A stretch of 64,000 nucleotides of DNA from Candidatus Eiseniibacteriota bacterium. GTDB taxonomy: Bacteria; Eisenbacteria; RBG-16-71-46; JABDJR01. Both the position numbers and the translations under genes were made by a program. Positions 60,206 to 64,000 of this stretch are shown piece after piece. Location: the NCBI GenBank assembly GCA_963783375.1, contig CAWANH010000028.1, positions 704,001 to 768,000 on the forward strand, given 5' to 3'. How positions within the stretch are numbered: position 1 is the stretch's first letter; each line of letters opens with the position of its first letter. The notes under the pieces were generated by a model. That model made no database searches, was not told where the DNA came from, and saw only the letters and a list, made by a program, of their open reading frames with translations.

Positions 60206-61531
60206 ATGCCGCCGACGGTCGAGCTTCCCTACGGCGAAGCCTCCCTCAGCTTCTCCCTGCCCGAGTCCTGGGACGTCCGGGAGGCCCGGCCGCGTTCGGC
60301 GACCCCGGCCGTATCCGTGGAGGCCGCAGCGCGCGAGGCGTTGGCCCACCCGGCGGCGGGGCCTCGGCTCCGCGATCTGGCCCGCCCGGGGATGACGGTG
60401 ACGGTGGCGATCACCGACGCAACCCGACCTTCCCCCGATCACCTGTTCCTTCCCCTGCTCCTCGAAGAACTTGCCGCCGGCGGGATCCGGGAGGACGACG
60501 TCACCGTCCTGGTGGCCCTGGGTATGCACCGTCGCACCACTCAGAGGGAGCGGGAGAGCAAGCTCGGCCCGGACGGGCGGCGGCTCCGGGTCGAGGAGGC
60601 CCAGGGCGCGGAGTCGGCGGAGTACCGGGATCTCGGCACCCTCTTCCCCGATGCGGCCGAACTTGCGGTGGCCCTTCCCGTTCCGGTCCCCGTTCACCTC
60701 CATCGACGGATCGTGGAGAGCGACCTGGTCATCGCCACCGGAATCGTCGAACCCCACCAGTACGCGGGTTTTTCGGGGGGGCGAAAGACGGTGGCCATCG
60801 GGTGCGCGGGGGCGGAGACGATTCGGGTGCTCCACGGGATCGCGTTCCTGGAGCACGCCGGCACCCGGCTCGGACGCATGGAGGACAACGCGGTCCACGC
60901 CGCCCTCGAGGCCATTTCCCGCCGGGCCGGCCTTCGCTTCGTGCTGAACGTGGCCCTGGACGGAGACGGAAACCTGGTGGCCGCGGCGGCCGGGGAGCCG
61001 GGAGCGGTGCTGGCCACGCTCACCGAGCGCCTCGCCCCGGTGACCTGGATACCCGTCGGCCCCGAGCCCTTCGACCTGGTCCTGGCCGGGGTGGGGGCCC
61101 CCAAGGACGCCAACCTCTACCAGGCCTCGCGCGCACTGACGTACCTGGCCTTCTCACCGGCGCCGGTGCTCCGGGACGGCGGGTGGATCGTCATCCCCGC
61201 CCGCTGCTCCGAAGGGGCGGGACAGGGCCCCGGGGAGGAGGAGTTCCTGGCCCGGATGCGGGCGGGCGCCTCCCCCGAAGAAGTCCTGCGCCTCCTGCGA
61301 CGGCAGGGTTTCGGGGCGGGGGGACAACGCGCCTTCATGGTGGCGCGCGCCCTGGCCCGCTACCGCGCCCTGGTGGTCGGCGCCGAGGTCCCGGCGGTGG
61401 TGACCGACTGCCACATGGAGAAGGCCCCGAACCCGCGCGCGGCGGTGGAACGGATGCTCGCTGCGGTGGGAGAGGACGCGCGCGTACTCAGCGTGCCCCA
61501 CGCTCTGGCCGTCCTGCCGGTGCGCGGCTAG
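60206..61531 (+). CDS. larA: LarA superfamily nickel-pincer-dependent racemase/epimerase
   Basis: DATRP, GMHR, EPHQYAGFSGGRK, NLYQA, CSEG.G. Confidence 0.88.
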   Translation: MPPTVELPYGEASLSFSLPESWDVREARPRSATPAVSVEAAAREALAHPAAGPRLRDLARPGMTVTVAITDATRPSPDHLFLPLLLEELAAGGIREDDVTVLVALGMHRRTTQRERESKLGPDGRRLRVEEAQGAESAEYRDLGTLFPDAAELAVALPVPVPVHLHRRIVESDLVIATGIVEPHQYAGFSGGRKTVAIGCAGAETIRVLHGIAFLEHAGTRLGRMEDNAVHAALEAISRRAGLRFVLNVALDGDGNLVAAAAGEPGAVLATLTERLAPVTWIPVGPEPFDLVLAGVGAPKDANLYQASRALTYLAFSPAPVLRDGGWIVIPARCSEGAGQGPGEEEFLARMRAGASPEEVLRLLRRQGFGAGGQRAFMVARALARYRALVVGAEVPAVVTDCHMEKAPNPRAAVERMLAAVGEDARVLSVPHALAVLPVRG

Positions 61532-61603
61532 CCGCCCTCCGTCTTTGCGCCGCGCGGGATGGGCCGGCGTTCCGTTCGCGCCTCGTCCTCGGTCCGTCCG
61601 GGC

Positions 61604-61828
61604 TCACTCCGGGCGGCGGTCGCGCTTCCGGCGCATCCCCCATGCCCAGAGGACCCCCACGCCCACCCCCATCGCGAAGAGCAGAGGAATGAGCAGCAGC
61701 TGGTCGACCCGCGCGCTCCAGAAGAGCACCCTGATGTCCACCGGCTGGTGGTTCTGCAACGCGATGATCAGAACGAGAAGGATTCCCAGGAACCCCAAAC
61801 CGAGCTTGATCTTGCGAGCGGTGCTCAT
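61604..61828 (-). CDS. LapA (DUF1049) family small membrane protein
   Basis: GGAGGT RBS; TM-QN...V...LFW-TM pattern. Confidence 0.8.
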   Translation of the reverse strand: MSTARKIKLGLGFLGILLVLIIALQNHQPVDIRVLFWSARVDQLLLIPLLFAMGVGVGVLWAWGMRRKRDRRPE

Positions 61829-62073
61829 CGGTATCCACCTCCCGGGCGGCTCACCGGAGGCCACCCTCCCGCCGGGATCGATCCTATGCGGACCGACGGA
61901 ACGTCGGAATTCCGACGTCCCCGGCGCCCCCATCGGGTCGGGTTGTCATGTGCAAAAGACACCAACCGGACGACACCCCGATCCCGGAACATTATGCCCC
62001 TCAATGGACTCCGGCTTTTCCACACTCTGGATGGGTTCTCCACAACGCCGAGCGCGGAGGTCGGTTCAAAGGA

Positions 62074-62538
62074 TCACGACTGTTTGAGGATTCCGAGGTC
62101 GGGCTTCCCGCCACCGGCCGGCTCCTTGGCCACCGGGCCCGACTTCTGCTCCTCGCCCATCGCGCAGTTGCCCTGAAAGAACACGCCATCCTGAATGATG
62201 AAGGACTTGGCGTGGACGTCGCCCTTGAAGTGACATCCGGTCTGAAGCTCTACCCTCTCCTTGGCGAAGATGCGGCCCTCCACCCTTCCGGCGATGCTGG
62301 CGCTGTGGACATCGGCGTCCGCCTTGATCTTCCCACCCTTGCCCACCATCAGGACCTCGCCGCAGGTCAACGTTCCCTCGAACTCTCCGTTCACCACCAG
62401 GGTTCCCTCGATGCGGAGGGTGCCGGTGAAGCTCGATCCTTCTCCGATCAGGCTGTTCACGCGCTTCTCCCGACTCCCGCCGCCGCTCGGCGCCGGTGTC
62501 GCGATGGTTTCCTTTTCTTTGGATCCGAACATGGCCAT
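62074..62538 (-). CDS. Bactofilin
   Basis: SLIGEGSSFTG, LRIEG..EG, V.G.I.A, GDV, I.DGVFFQGNC.M beta-helix. Confidence 0.93.
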   Translation of the reverse strand: MAMFGSKEKETIATPAPSGGGSREKRVNSLIGEGSSFTGTLRIEGTLVVNGEFEGTLTCGEVLMVGKGGKIKADADVHSASIAGRVEGRIFAKERVELQTGCHFKGDVHAKSFIIQDGVFFQGNCAMGEEQKSGPVAKEPAGGGKPDLGILKQS

Positions 62539-62735
62539 GATGCTCCCTCCACTCTCGTTGGGGTTTCCCCTGGGTCTTCTCGAGTTCGTCTGCTCACCGG
62601 CGTAGGATCTGCACCCCCGCGGGCTCTCGTCACTGCACCCCCGGAACCCGGACGCTCCGAGGCCCCGGACGGCCCGCGTCCATCCCGCGAGCCCCGTACC
62701 ACGACGGCGGTAACCGGGCCGAGGCCGGCCCAAAC

Positions 62736-63509
62736 TCAATCGTTCGGAAAGAGTTCCGGGATCGCCTCCCGAGGCGGCGTCGGCCGGCCCGCCCTCCGCA
62801 CCTCGAAATGGAGGTGAGGGTCGGGGCCTTCCGACCCGGCCCCCACCAGGGCGATCACCTGACCGGCCTCCACGCTGTCCCCCTCCGCAACCAGGTTCAA
62901 TTCGTTGTCGGCATAAATCGTCTGGAGTGAATCCGCATGATCCAGCACCAGGCGGTTTCCGAGGGACTTATCCCTCCCCGAGAAGGTCACGACCCCGTCC
63001 CCGGCCGCCACGATCGGGCGCTTGCGCGGGGCGCCGATGTCCACACCCGGGTGCCGGGGACCGAAGTCTCTCAGGATCTTCCCCTCCAGAGGCCAGAACA
63101 CCAGGACGTCTCCAGAGGGGCCGCTCAGGGCGCCGCTCGCGCCGTCGCTTCCGGGCAGGTTCTCGGCCAAGCTGTCCGAGACCCCCAGGGCCGGCTGGAT
63201 CCCGGCCAAATGCAGCATCTGCCGCTGCAGCTCGCGAAGTTGAGTGAGCTCCTGCTCCAGTTCCTTCACCGCGGCGTTTTGCCGGCGCAGGGCTTCGACC
63301 TCCACCTCGAGCGACGAGTAGTCCTTGAGCCGGTTCATGGCCTCGACGTACGTCACCACAGCCACCACTCCCGCCGTGAGGAGCGCAACCAGGAGAACCC
63401 CCGCCAACCAGGCCCAGATGGGCGCGATGCTCAGCACGATCGGCCGGCCGCGCCCGGGCGGGGTGATTTCCAGGGAAATGTATCGGTGCTCGGGAGGCTC
63501 CGACGCCAC
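62736..63509 (-). CDS. M23 family peptidase with TM and coiled coil
   Basis: WPLEG, HPGVD, AAGDGVV, PHLHFEV; the YxH His is replaced (IYAD). Confidence 0.9.
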   Translation of the reverse strand: MASEPPEHRYISLEITPPGRGRPIVLSIAPIWAWLAGVLLVALLTAGVVAVVTYVEAMNRLKDYSSLEVEVEALRRQNAAVKELEQELTQLRELQRQMLHLAGIQPALGVSDSLAENLPGSDGASGALSGPSGDVLVFWPLEGKILRDFGPRHPGVDIGAPRKRPIVAAGDGVVTFSGRDKSLGNRLVLDHADSLQTIYADNELNLVAEGDSVEAGQVIALVGAGSEGPDPHLHFEVRRAGRPTPPREAIPELFPND

Positions 63510-63518
63510 GCCCTGCTC

Positions 63519-64000
63519 CTATAGCCCCGAACCGACGCCGGTCAGATCGAGGATGCGCTCGAGGTCTTCCTCGCTGAAGTAGTGGACCTCGATCTTGCCC
63601 CGGCCGATCCCCCCGACGATTCGCACCTGGGTGCCGAATCGCGTCCGCAGTCGATCCTCCCACGCTTCCAGGGCGGGATGAGATCGTTTCCGCGCCACCG
63701 GCTTGGATGTTCGCGGTCTTTCCCCCTGAGCCCGGGCTTCGGCCTGGCGCACGGAGAGGCCCTTCTCCACGACTTCCTTCACCAGTCGGCTCCGCGGCGC
63801 TCCCGCGGGAACGGCGAGAAGGGCGCGGGCGTGACCGGCGGAGAGTGTTCCACGTGAAACAAGATCGAGGATCTCTCGCTCGAGCCCGAGAAGACGAAGG
63901 GAGTTGGTCACCGCAGTGCGGCTCTTCCCGACCTGGGAGGCGATCTCTTCCTGGGTGAGTCCGAACTCCGTGGCCAAGCGCTCGAACGCTTCCGCTTCGT
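63519..64000 (-). CDS. parB: ParB/Spo0J, 3' part (runs off the window)
   Basis: TQEEIA..VGKSR..V.N.LRLL, SAGHARALL, LSVRQAE. Confidence 0.95.
   Translation of the reverse strand, partial: EAEAFERLATEFGLTQEEIASQVGKSRTAVTNSLRLLGLEREILDLVSRGTLSAGHARALLAVPAGAPRSRLVKEVVEKGLSVRQAEARAQGERPRTSKPVARKRSHPALEAWEDRLRTRFGTQVRIVGGIGRGKIEVHYFSEEDLERILDLTGVGSGL
63846..63861. promoter_or_regulatory. parS centromere site inside parB
   Basis: TGTTCCACGTGAAACA matches the consensus TGTTNCACGTGAAACA exactly. Confidence 0.9.

Overview
A high-GC (~70% by eye) bacterial chromosomal segment of mostly core and envelope genes. It ends in a parB–M23 peptidase–bactofilin cluster with a parS site inside parB, so it probably lies near oriC. 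Recognisable genes include maeB, hflK/hflC, upp, tdk, nadE, mqnD, yqeY, a LarA-family protein, a hybrid histidine kinase and an MMPL–LolA-like fusion. No rRNA, tRNA, transposase, prophage or cas gene was seen. Gene content and a recurrent C-terminal motif suggest an FCB-related candidate lineage (Eisenbacteria/Krumholzibacteria/Latescibacteria-like); this is inference. Best leads: (1) three unrelated secreted proteins end in the same P-x3-4-[TS]W-[GS]-x-[LI]K-x-x-Y tail, a candidate sorting signal with no TM helix; (2) a perfect sigma28 promoter drives a ~100-nt terminated sRNA with a CCUCCUU motif, downstream of a kinase–TPR pair that also has a sigma28-like promoter; (3) a ~220-bp dispersed structured element shows compensatory base changes, with a third same-sized element sharing its termini; (4) a promoter-driven three-way-junction RNA lies after nadE. 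Several genes carry single-base indels that look like long-read consensus errors.
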